Source: Candidatus Omnitrophota bacterium
Lineage (GTDB): Bacteria; Omnitrophota; Gorgyraeia; Aquiviventales; JACQRC01
DNA length: 64,000 nucleotides
Direction of reading: 5' to 3'
NCBI GenBank assembly: GCA_016206665.1
Contig: JACQRC010000089.1
Coordinates: 8,393-72,392 of the forward strand
Part shown: piece after piece, positions 25,425 through 34,160 of the stretch
Numbering within the stretch: the first letter of the stretch is position 1
Layout of the letters: the number at the start of each line of letters is the position of its first letter
Notes under the pieces: model-generated
What the model saw: the letters and a program-made list of their open reading frames with translations, nothing else
Database searches by the model: none
What the model was told of the DNA's origin: nothing
Translations under genes and position numbers: made by a program

Positions 25425-26804
25425 ATGAGACGACCGTCACGCGTCCTGGTCATTGGGTTGGATTGTCTGACGCCGCAGCTGGTCTTCGACCAGTGGCGTG
25501 GCGAGTTGCCCCATCTCAGCCGGCTGATGGCGCGGGGGCTGTGGGGTCGGCTCAAGACGACCGTTCCGCCGATTACGGTCCCGGCCTGGATGTCGATGAT
25601 GACGGGCCGCGACCCGGGGGAGCTGGGCTTCTATGGCTTTCGCAACCGGGCCGACCACTCCTATCACAAGCTGGCTTACGCCACCTCAGCCCTGGTGCAG
25701 GAGCCGACGGTGTGGGACCTCTTGTCGCGCGCGGGCAAGCACGTGGTCATCTTGGGCGTGCCGCAGACCTACCCGCCCAAGCCGGTGAACGGCTGCCTGG
25801 TGAGCTGTTTCCTCACGCCGGATACGAACGCCCAGTACACCTATCCCGCGGAGCTCAAGGAGGAGATTCGCGCCGTGGTCGGCGATTACGTGCTGGACGT
25901 CCACGACTTCCGCACCGACGACAAGCAACGGATCCTCGACCAGATCTACGACATGACCGCCAAGCGCTTCCGGCTGGCCCGGCACCTGATGCAAACGAAG
26001 CCGTGGGACTTTTTCATGGTGCATGAGATCGGCATCGACCGCATCCACCACGGCTTCTGGAAGTACATGGATGCCACCCATCCCAAGCACGAGCCGGGCA
26101 ATCCGTACCAGGATGCGATCCTGCGCTACTACCAGTTTGTGGACCAACAGGTGGGCGAGCTCATCGCCCTCTCCGGCGACGAGACGGCCGTCCTGATCGT
26201 CTCCGACCATGGAGCGAAGCGGATGCTGGGCGGTATTTGCTTCAACGACTGGCTCATCCGCCAGGGCTATCTCCGCCTGAAGACGATGCCGAGTCAGCCC
26301 ACACCCCTCGAGAAGCTGGAGGTGGATTGGACGAAAACGCGCGTCTGGGGGGCGGGGGGTTATTACGGCAGGGTCTTCCTCAACGTGAAAGGCCGCGAGC
26401 CGCAGGGCCTCATCGAGCCGTCGGAGTCCGAGGCCTTCCGGGACCGGTTGATCCGCGAGATCGAGGCCATTCCCGATCATGCAGGGCGGCGGCTGGCGAC
26501 GCATGTCTACAAGCCGGAGCAGATTTACCGTGCGTGCCGGGGAGTGGCACCCGACCTCATCATCTACTTTGACGATCTGGAATGGCGGTCGGTCGGCTCC
26601 GTGGGATACGACTCGCTCTACACGTTCGACAACGATACCGGTCCCGATGACGCCAACCACGCCCAGCATGGAATCTGCGTGATGCGGGATAGTGACCGGC
26701 AGGGCTGCCGGGAGAATCTAACCATCTACGACATCGCTCCAACGATCTTGGACCTGTTTGGCCTGCCGATTCCGGCAGCGATGCAGGGCCGGGTCATTGC
26801 TTAG
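25425..26804 (+). CDS. alkaline-phosphatase-superfamily enzyme, paralog of the upstream gene
   Basis: VLVIGLDCLTP.. N-terminal motif and HGFWKYMD.. region. Shares its block layout with 23719-25422. Confidence 0.6.
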   Translation: MRRPSRVLVIGLDCLTPQLVFDQWRGELPHLSRLMARGLWGRLKTTVPPITVPAWMSMMTGRDPGELGFYGFRNRADHSYHKLAYATSALVQEPTVWDLLSRAGKHVVILGVPQTYPPKPVNGCLVSCFLTPDTNAQYTYPAELKEEIRAVVGDYVLDVHDFRTDDKQRILDQIYDMTAKRFRLARHLMQTKPWDFFMVHEIGIDRIHHGFWKYMDATHPKHEPGNPYQDAILRYYQFVDQQVGELIALSGDETAVLIVSDHGAKRMLGGICFNDWLIRQGYLRLKTMPSQPTPLEKLEVDWTKTRVWGAGGYYGRVFLNVKGREPQGLIEPSESEAFRDRLIREIEAIPDHAGRRLATHVYKPEQIYRACRGVAPDLIIYFDDLEWRSVGSVGYDSLYTFDNDTGPDDANHAQHGICVMRDSDRQGCRENLTIYDIAPTILDLFGLPIPAAMQGRVIA

Positions 26805-26821
26805 AGGTTAAGGAGGCTGCC

Positions 26822-27379
26822 ATGCGCAACGGTAACGGTGGAGTGACCCTCTGGTTCACGGGACTGCCATGTTCGGGGAAGACCACCATCGCCCAACTCG
26901 TCAGGACGGAACTCCAACAACGAGGGACAGCGGTGGAACTCCTCGACGGGGATGAAATCCGCAAGCATTTCAGCGCCGGGGTGGGCTTCAGCAAAGAGGA
27001 CCGCAGCAACCACCTCAAGCGCGTGGCGTATCTGTGCCACCTGCTCACGAAGCACGGCGTGGTGGTCTTGGCGTCGTTCGTCTCGCCCTACCGGGAGAAC
27101 CGCGACTACGCGCGGCAATTGATCGGCGAGCGGTTTGAGGAGGTCTTCGTGGACACTCCGCTCGAGGAGTGCATTCGGCGGGATGTGAAAGGCATGTACA
27201 AAAAGGCCCTCGCAGGCGAGCTCAAGGAGTTTACCGGGATCTCCGACCCGTACGAGCCGCCGCTCCAGCCGGAACTGGTGATTCGGACCGTGGGCGACAC
27301 CGTTCCGGAGAGCGCCGCGAAGGTCCTGAGGCTGTTGGAGCAGGTGCGGGCCCCGTCAACGCCAGTGGTCGTGGCATAA
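26822..27379 (+). CDS. cysC: adenylyl-sulfate (APS) kinase
   Basis: P-loop LWFTGLPCSGKTT, plus SFVSPYRENRD and PYEPP motifs of CysC. Confidence 0.85.
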   Translation: MRNGNGGVTLWFTGLPCSGKTTIAQLVRTELQQRGTAVELLDGDEIRKHFSAGVGFSKEDRSNHLKRVAYLCHLLTKHGVVVLASFVSPYRENRDYARQLIGERFEEVFVDTPLEECIRRDVKGMYKKALAGELKEFTGISDPYEPPLQPELVIRTVGDTVPESAAKVLRLLEQVRAPSTPVVVA

Positions 27380-27392
27380 GGACAGCCGAGCG

Positions 27393-28598
27393 ATGACGCA
27401 GGTGCGGGAGTTCGTCGAAGAGCCACGGCCGTTCACGGAGGCGGATTATGTGCGGCTGCGTGAGCGGTATACGGCGCAGCTCCTATCCATTGATGGGGTG
27501 CGGGCCGTCTACGAGTACGGCAACACCCACTACCATCCTGGCATCTCCGACATCGACCTCATTGCCGTCACCGAGGAGCGGCTGAGCCGCCGCGCCGCGC
27601 GGGAACTCACCATCTATCCCCTCGACGATCCGGCGGCGGTGGTGATGCGGGGGTGGGCCAACCCATGTTCCGTGGAGCTGTTTCAGCAGCCACTGCTGGC
27701 CCCGTATTGGGAGGGATCGTTGCGGCATCGGGGTGGAGCCGTCATTGCGCAGACACCCTTGGCGCCTGAGGTCGCGGCCTATGCGCATCTCATTACCGTG
27801 GTGGACCGTTGCTATCAGGCCGTCATCGGATTGATGCAGCGTTTCGTCAGCCATCGTTGGTACGTGGTAGCTACGCTGAGTCATTTGCGGGCCATCTCGC
27901 ACAACGTCCAGGTGTACGAGCGCTTCACTGGGACACCCTTGTCCGGAGCATCGAAACTCGGCGAGGCCGTTGCCGATCTGCGCCGAACGTGGTTCACAAG
28001 CGGACCGCAGCGCTATCAACGGATGGTCACCCTGGTGTCCGAGGGGTTGCGTGTAGGGCAGCGGCTCAGTCACGGGCTCGAGCAGGTATTGACGGCCCGG
28101 GGCTGGACGCGACCCTGGATCCCGCCCGAGGTGACCTTGCGTACGGATGACGGCTGGACCATGGCCTTCGGCGGGCGCACCGCAGATTGGGCAGGGCTGG
28201 CACCGACCAGCCACGGCCACCGACCGGCGTTGCCGTTGCCGCCACTCGCGTTGCGACAGCTGTACTTTATCTATCGCCATGCGCCGGATCTGTTAGGGCC
28301 AAGCCTGGTCCGCCAGTTGCGCACCCATGCGGTTCACGACGCTGCCTGGGAGTTCCAGGGTCGGTATCGAGCGGTGCTCCTGGACTACCTGTCCTTGCAG
28401 CAACAGCGGCAGCAGTACCTGCGGCGTCATCGCTTGCCAGGAAGACCGTGTCCCGGTGCGTGGTGGCACCGGCTCGAGCGGCGCGCCGTCCCGACCGTCC
28501 AACGGGCGCAGCGCTGGCTGCAGGCGCGGTGGGCCGAGCGGTCCCGGTTCGTGAAGTGGCCGCGGCGTTCCGCGCCGCAGCCGGCGCTGCGGGGGTAG
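27393..28598 (+). CDS. hypothetical protein with nucleotidyltransferase-like N-terminal motif
   Basis: YGNTHYHPGISDIDLIAV resembles a G(S)-x-D-x-D NTase signature; the rest is unknown. Co-oriented and tightly linked to cysC. Confidence 0.35.
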   Translation: MTQVREFVEEPRPFTEADYVRLRERYTAQLLSIDGVRAVYEYGNTHYHPGISDIDLIAVTEERLSRRAARELTIYPLDDPAAVVMRGWANPCSVELFQQPLLAPYWEGSLRHRGGAVIAQTPLAPEVAAYAHLITVVDRCYQAVIGLMQRFVSHRWYVVATLSHLRAISHNVQVYERFTGTPLSGASKLGEAVADLRRTWFTSGPQRYQRMVTLVSEGLRVGQRLSHGLEQVLTARGWTRPWIPPEVTLRTDDGWTMAFGGRTADWAGLAPTSHGHRPALPLPPLALRQLYFIYRHAPDLLGPSLVRQLRTHAVHDAAWEFQGRYRAVLLDYLSLQQQRQQYLRRHRLPGRPCPGAWWHRLERRAVPTVQRAQRWLQARWAERSRFVKWPRRSAPQPALRG

Positions 28599-28604
28599 GA
28601 GCCG

Positions 28605-29561
28605 ATGACAGCCACACCGATGGTGAGTGTCGTCCTGCCAACGTACAACCGGACGCAGTGGCTGGGCGAGGCCATCGAGAGCGTCCTCGCCCAGACGCTG
28701 GCCGACTGGGAGCTGGTCATCGTGGACGACGGCTCGGCGCCGGCCACGGCTGATACGGTCCGACCCCATCTGTCGGATGCGCGCATCCATTATGTCTGGA
28801 AGCCGCACGCGGGGGTGGCGGCGGCGCGCAACGCCGGGCTACGACTCACCCGCGGCTCGTATGCGGCCTTTCTGGACGATGACGACTGTTTCTTGCCTGA
28901 CAAGCTGGCCCGGCAAGTGGCCTGGATGGAGGAGCATCGGGACGTCGGCCTGGTCTACAACCAGATCTACGTGGTGGATGAACCGATGAACCAGTCTCGC
29001 CTCCTGCCACGGCGGTCGGCCCGCACCTTCCTGGAGCTGTTTTGTGAGAACGCGATTCAAGTGGCCTCGGTCTTGGTGAGGCGCACCTGTCTCGAGGCCG
29101 TCGGCGGCTTTGACGAGTCGCTCATTGGGAGCGAGGACTACGACCTGTGGTTGCGCATCGCGCAGCGGTTCCCTATCGAGTACTTGCCACGGCCGCTGGC
29201 CATCTACCGCAAACATGGTCAGAACAAATCCAACAACTTAGTGCAGCAGCGGCTCAACGCTTTGGCGATCGTCGGCCGGTACCGCGTGCACCAGGTCCCG
29301 GGCCTCACCCGGGCGGTCAAGCGCCGCCGCCTGGCGACGATCCATTATCGGTTAGCCCGCACCTACCGGGCGCAGCGAGAGTATTGGCGCACGGCGCAGC
29401 ATTTCTGGCGCGCGGCTCGACTCGATCCGGCCATTGGCACCGTCATTGAGGGGACGTCCGTGCGCGGCAGGACCTGGCTCAAGCAATGGCTCAAACCGTA
29501 TGGCGGGATTGTCTATGGCGTGGCGCAATGGGTGCGTCACGGGGCAGGAGGTCGTCGATGA
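28605..29561 (+). CDS. glycosyltransferase family 2
   Basis: VSVVLPTYNR..VIVVDDGS..FLDDDD (DxD) GT-A signatures. Confidence 0.8.
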   Translation: MTATPMVSVVLPTYNRTQWLGEAIESVLAQTLADWELVIVDDGSAPATADTVRPHLSDARIHYVWKPHAGVAAARNAGLRLTRGSYAAFLDDDDCFLPDKLARQVAWMEEHRDVGLVYNQIYVVDEPMNQSRLLPRRSARTFLELFCENAIQVASVLVRRTCLEAVGGFDESLIGSEDYDLWLRIAQRFPIEYLPRPLAIYRKHGQNKSNNLVQQRLNALAIVGRYRVHQVPGLTRAVKRRRLATIHYRLARTYRAQREYWRTAQHFWRAARLDPAIGTVIEGTSVRGRTWLKQWLKPYGGIVYGVAQWVRHGAGGRR

Positions 29562-30517
29562 GCGCTCGACAGCAACCCAACGTGACCGTTGTGGTGGTGC
29601 CCAGGGAACGGTTCAGTTTAACGCGCGCCTGCGTCGAACGACTGTATACGCACACGCCGGAGCCCTTCCAACTGTTGGTCGTAGACGCCAACGCACCGCG
29701 TCCCATCGCCCGCTGGCTCCGACAGTGGGAGGCGAGCCATGCGAACTGTCGGGTGATTCGGTCGGAGCGGTTCCTCTATCCCTACGAGGCGAAGAACCTG
29801 GTCCTGCCGCACCTGGCGACGCCGTGGGTCGCCTTTCTGGACAGCGATGTGTTGGTCGGGCCGCAGTGGCTGACCTGGTTACGGCGAGCCGCTGACGAGA
29901 CCGGAGCGCGGGTGGTGCATCCGCTCTATTTCGTCGAGCAGGAGGACGAGATCCGCATTCACATGACGGACGGCAAGTTCCGCGCGGTGCAGCGCAACGG
30001 CCAGTCGCTCGTGCATCCGGTCATGGGCCATGTGGCCCAGCGCGTTGAAGCAGCGCAGGGATTGCAGCGGCAGGACAGCGATTTTCTGGAGTTCCACGGT
30101 TTCTTCATCCACCAGGAGGTGCTCCGCCGGGTCGGCCCCTTTGAGCCCTTCACGCTGGGCGAGGATGTCAATTTCTCTTTCCGCCTGCGGGACCTCCGGG
30201 AGCGGATCGTCTTTGAGCCGCGCTCGGTCATCACCTATGTGGCGGGCCCACCGTTTGAGCGCGCCGATCTGCCCTATTTCCGATTTCGGTGGGACCTGGA
30301 ACAGGGGAAGGCCTCGGTCGAACGGTTACGCGAGCGTTGGCCGCTGCCTGAGGAATATTGCCGGGGCAAACTCTCCTGGGCGACCTATCACCACAGCCGC
30401 GCGGTGCCCTGGTTTAGTCTGGTCAAGCGCTGGCGGCGCTGGTTGGGGCAAGCGCAGTCAGCGTTGGTGGCCCAGCTGCGCCGGATGGTCCCGGTGCTTC
30501 GGTCGGCCGGCAGGTAA
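29558..30517 (+). CDS. GT-A-fold glycosyltransferase-like protein (divergent GT2)
   Basis: VTVVVVPRERF..LLVVDANAP..FLDSDV layout resembles a GT2 with a DxD. ATGA overlap with the upstream GT2. Confidence 0.5.
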   Translation: MSARQQPNVTVVVVPRERFSLTRACVERLYTHTPEPFQLLVVDANAPRPIARWLRQWEASHANCRVIRSERFLYPYEAKNLVLPHLATPWVAFLDSDVLVGPQWLTWLRRAADETGARVVHPLYFVEQEDEIRIHMTDGKFRAVQRNGQSLVHPVMGHVAQRVEAAQGLQRQDSDFLEFHGFFIHQEVLRRVGPFEPFTLGEDVNFSFRLRDLRERIVFEPRSVITYVAGPPFERADLPYFRFRWDLEQGKASVERLRERWPLPEEYCRGKLSWATYHHSRAVPWFSLVKRWRRWLGQAQSALVAQLRRMVPVLRSAGR

Positions 30518-30523
30518 GAGGAG

Positions 30524-31525
30524 ATGATGACGCAACTCACGCAGAGGCCATCACCGCTTGGCATGACGCCGAAGGTGAGCGTGGTCGTCCCGACCTACAA
30601 CCGCGCCCACCTGATCCCTGAGGCGTTGGAGAGCATCTGGGCGCAGACGTATCGGGATCTCGAGGTGATCGTCGTCGACGACGGCTCAACCGACGACACC
30701 CGCGAGATCCTGCGACCGTGGTGGCCGCGCCTGCGCTACATCTACCAGCCCAATCAGGGCTGTGCTGCGGCGCGCAACCGGGGCATCTCGCTGGCCCGCG
30801 GGACGTACGTGGCCTTCCTCGATTCGGATGACCGGTGGTTGCCGGACAAGCTCGCCCAACAGGTGGCGTGGCTGGAGGCGCACTCGAAGGCCGGGCTGGT
30901 CTACAGCCGGCTGTGGCGTTACGTGTTGGGCCGGGACGCGGAGCGCGAAATCTGCCCCCGGGAGCTGCCGGCGACGTTTCTGGACGTGCTGCGCGGCTCC
31001 GGCTTCATCCCCACCTCGACTGTCATGGTGCGGCGGCGGTGCTTGGAGGCGGTGGGTCTCTTCGACGTGTCGCTTCCCGTGGCGGAGGATTGGGACCTGT
31101 GGTTGCGCATCGCGAGGCGGTATCCGATCGCCGCGCTGCCTGCGGTGCTGGCCGAGCATCGCGAGCATGCGACCAACATCACGAAGGATCTGGCGAAGGT
31201 CTATGAGGGCTATTGGCGGTTCTACGCGAAGGCCGTCCGGCTCTACGCGACCGCCGCCGGCGCCGAGACCGCGCGGTTCCGTGACCGCGCCATTTCGTTC
31301 CGCTATCTGTTAGGGACGACGTATCTCAAGCGCGGCCAGATGCGCGAGGCGGTCAGGCAGATCGCCGGCGCCCTGCAGGCCCGGTGGTCGATCGGCACCT
31401 ATTTCGCCCGGCAACGGTCTTGGGTCACGACGCTGGCCTGTCTCCTGAAGCCGTACGGGGCCTTGACGGTGAGCCTCTTGGGTGCGCTGGGGTCATTGGT
31501 GATTCCCAGTTGGAGGTCCCGATGA
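30524..31525 (+). CDS. glycosyltransferase family 2 (paralog of 28605-29561)
   Basis: VSVVVPTYNR..VIVVDDGSTD..FLDSDD. The C-terminal EDWDLWLRIARRYPI block is shared with the paralog. Confidence 0.8.
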   Translation: MMTQLTQRPSPLGMTPKVSVVVPTYNRAHLIPEALESIWAQTYRDLEVIVVDDGSTDDTREILRPWWPRLRYIYQPNQGCAAARNRGISLARGTYVAFLDSDDRWLPDKLAQQVAWLEAHSKAGLVYSRLWRYVLGRDAEREICPRELPATFLDVLRGSGFIPTSTVMVRRRCLEAVGLFDVSLPVAEDWDLWLRIARRYPIAALPAVLAEHREHATNITKDLAKVYEGYWRFYAKAVRLYATAAGAETARFRDRAISFRYLLGTTYLKRGQMREAVRQIAGALQARWSIGTYFARQRSWVTTLACLLKPYGALTVSLLGALGSLVIPSWRSR

Positions 31526-32721
31526 TTCCCGTGCGTGTCCTCATCGCGGAATCCGGCAGCGGCTACGGCGGCAGCGCGCGCTACCTCGCCGACCTGGTGC
31601 AGCGGCTGGATCGTCGGCGGTTCGCCATCCGCGTCGTGGCGGCGGGCGAGGGCCCGTTCATTCGCCGCATCCAGGCGCAGGGGATTCCGGTGACGCTCAA
31701 GCCCCAGTGGCGATTCGTGGGATCGATGGAGGCTGCGGCCTCGTTGGTCCGGCGCAGCCTAGCGTGGTGGAACACTGCGATCGGCGGGGCGGCGCAGCTC
31801 GCACTCCTCGTGCCGGCGATCGCGGTATGGCTGCAGCGCCGCCGCATCCAGGTCGTGCATCTCAATAACGAACTGTGGTCGCATCTGCCGTTGCTGCTGG
31901 CCGCCCGCTGGGCGGGCTGCCGCACCCTCTGCCACCTCCACGGCTGGCGTCCCCTCACGCGGGCCGAGCGTTGGGCCAGCCGGTATGTGGACCAGTTCAT
32001 CGCCGTGACGCACGCCGGCGCCAGGTTTTACCGCGGGCAGCTCGGCGGTCGGGAGGTGGCGGCCATTCCGAATGGCCTCGTCCTCAACGGCGCCCGGCAC
32101 CGCGACGATGCGGACCGCGCCCGGTTGCGCGCCGCGCTCGGCGTGGAGGAAGAGGCGGTGCTCGTTGCTGCCATCGGCAGGCTCATTCCGCTCAAAGGCT
32201 GGCCGGTCTTCCTGCAGGCCCTGGCGAAGGCCCGACAACGGCAGCCGCAGCTCCGCGGCGTGGTCGTGGGCCACGACCCCTCCGCCGACCGGTCGTATGA
32301 CCGTCACCTGCAGCGCTTGGCTGCGGAACTGGGCCTCGCGTCGCACGTGTGCTTTCTGCCGTGGCAGGACGAGGTCGCGCCGATCTATGCGGCCAGCGAT
32401 CTGGTGGTCCAACCGTCGGTGCGGCCGGAGGCTTTCGGCTTCGTGACCCTTGAAGCCATGGCGGCGGGCAAACCCGTCGTGGCGAGTCGGCTGGGCGGCC
32501 TGGTCGACCTGGTGGCCGACCAGGAGACGGGACTGCTCGTGGCGCCGGGTGACGTGGCCGAGCTGGCCGGCGCGCTGGGCCTGCTCGCCGGGGACCGGAC
32601 GCTGATGGCGACGCTGGGCCACAACGCCCAGCGCCGGGCGCGGGACGTCTTTACCATGGAGCAGAACGTGACCGCCGTCACCGCGCTCTACGAACGGCTC
32701 GCGCCACAGGATGCGCCATGA
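31522..32721 (+). CDS. glycosyltransferase family 4 (GT-B)
   Basis: EAFGFVTLEAMAAGKPVVASRLGGLVDLV (E-x7-E region) typical of GT4. GGAGG RBS and ATGA overlap. Confidence 0.8.
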   Translation: MIPVRVLIAESGSGYGGSARYLADLVQRLDRRRFAIRVVAAGEGPFIRRIQAQGIPVTLKPQWRFVGSMEAAASLVRRSLAWWNTAIGGAAQLALLVPAIAVWLQRRRIQVVHLNNELWSHLPLLLAARWAGCRTLCHLHGWRPLTRAERWASRYVDQFIAVTHAGARFYRGQLGGREVAAIPNGLVLNGARHRDDADRARLRAALGVEEEAVLVAAIGRLIPLKGWPVFLQALAKARQRQPQLRGVVVGHDPSADRSYDRHLQRLAAELGLASHVCFLPWQDEVAPIYAASDLVVQPSVRPEAFGFVTLEAMAAGKPVVASRLGGLVDLVADQETGLLVAPGDVAELAGALGLLAGDRTLMATLGHNAQRRARDVFTMEQNVTAVTALYERLAPQDAP

Positions 32722-34160
32722 CGCCAACCCAGGGACCGGCCCTCGCGACAGGGATCGACCGGCGGATTTGGTGGATGATCATGGCGATCGGCCTCTTCGC
32801 CGTGCTGATCATGAGAGAGGTCGCCCTGCCGTCCTCGGTGATGGCCGTGTTCGGCGGACTCGCCCTCCTGGGCCTCTTCATGGTCGGTGTACAGCAGCCG
32901 GAACTGCCCTTGTACGCGCTCATCGCGTATTTGCCGTTCAGCCGAATCCTCGTGGGCGACTTCGGCACGTACGCGACCGCCTTCAATCTCACCAACATCT
33001 TGATCCTCTGGACGCTGGTGGCCCACGCCTTCCGGCAGGCCGGACGCGGGCAGCCGCTGTTTCAGGGCACGCCGCTCAATCGCGTCATCCTGCTCTTTTC
33101 GGCGTTGGGAACGATCTCTTTGCTCATTGCCGGCTGGAGCTACGGCTCCTGGTACGCCTGGGAGTATCTGATTCCCTTGAAGCGATGGCTCACACCGATG
33201 TTCCTCTACTTCTTGACGCTCTGGGTGGTGCGCGATGTCCGCGCCATCAAGACGGTTGCGGCCCTCATCATGGTGGTGGTCACCGTCGTTGCCCTCATGG
33301 CCATCCGGGATTACGCGTCCGTGGCCAACAGCAGCTTCGAAGATTCCCGTGTGGGCGGCATCGCGGAGCACTCCAACACCCTCGGGGCCTTCTTCGTCTA
33401 CTACATGTTCCTCCTGCTCGGCTTCTTCCTGGCCTATCCGTCCAAACTCAAGGCCTGGTGGCTGCTCATTCCCTTCGCCCTCTGTTTCCGCGGGATCATG
33501 GTGACCTTTTCTCGCGGCGCCTACCTCGCCTGTGCGGTAGGGGCCCTGGCTGCCTGCTGGTTCCGCAGCAAGATCCTGTTCGTGGTCGCCGTGGCGGTTG
33601 GGCTGTTCGCCTTGGCCAATCCGGTGGTCTTGCCCGCCGGGATCCGGTACCGGCTGGGGCAGACTGTGCAGGGCGGCGAGTACGCCCTGCAACAGGACGA
33701 TCTCGCGCAGAACCTGGAGTCGAGCGCCGCCTCGCGGATCGTCATCTGGCGGGGGGCGTGGCAGATGATTCGGGAGCATCCCTGGCGGGGGGTGGGCTAC
33801 GGGGCTTTTCCCCGCTTCATCCCGCACTACACCGTGGGCCGTATCGGTGAGATGGACGCTCACAACAGCTATCTCTTGATCGCGGCCGAGATGGGCCTCC
33901 CGACGCTGGCGGTGTTCCTCCTCGTCCTCGTCATGGTCTGGCACTACACCTGCTGGTTGTATCGCCATGCCCAGGACCCGGCGCTGCGCGCGATCGCCCT
34001 GGGATTCCTCGCCGGCTTGGCGGGATTGGTGGTGGCGAACCTCTTTGGCTCACGGATGGATGCGCAGGAGGTCACCGGCTATTTCTGGGTGCTCTGCGGG
34101 CTCGTCATGCGTGGCGTGCTGATGGAACGGCAGGCCAGGCGGGAGGCGAGACGCGCATGA
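32718..34160 (+). CDS. O-antigen ligase / Wzy-type polysaccharide polymerase family membrane protein
   Basis: ~10-12 TMs with a large periplasmic loop carrying the Wzy_C-like pattern (FSRGAYLA..NSYLLIAAEMGL). Confidence 0.65.
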   Translation: MTPTQGPALATGIDRRIWWMIMAIGLFAVLIMREVALPSSVMAVFGGLALLGLFMVGVQQPELPLYALIAYLPFSRILVGDFGTYATAFNLTNILILWTLVAHAFRQAGRGQPLFQGTPLNRVILLFSALGTISLLIAGWSYGSWYAWEYLIPLKRWLTPMFLYFLTLWVVRDVRAIKTVAALIMVVVTVVALMAIRDYASVANSSFEDSRVGGIAEHSNTLGAFFVYYMFLLLGFFLAYPSKLKAWWLLIPFALCFRGIMVTFSRGAYLACAVGALAACWFRSKILFVVAVAVGLFALANPVVLPAGIRYRLGQTVQGGEYALQQDDLAQNLESSAASRIVIWRGAWQMIREHPWRGVGYGAFPRFIPHYTVGRIGEMDAHNSYLLIAAEMGLPTLAVFLLVLVMVWHYTCWLYRHAQDPALRAIALGFLAGLAGLVVANLFGSRMDAQEVTGYFWVLCGLVMRGVLMERQARREARRA

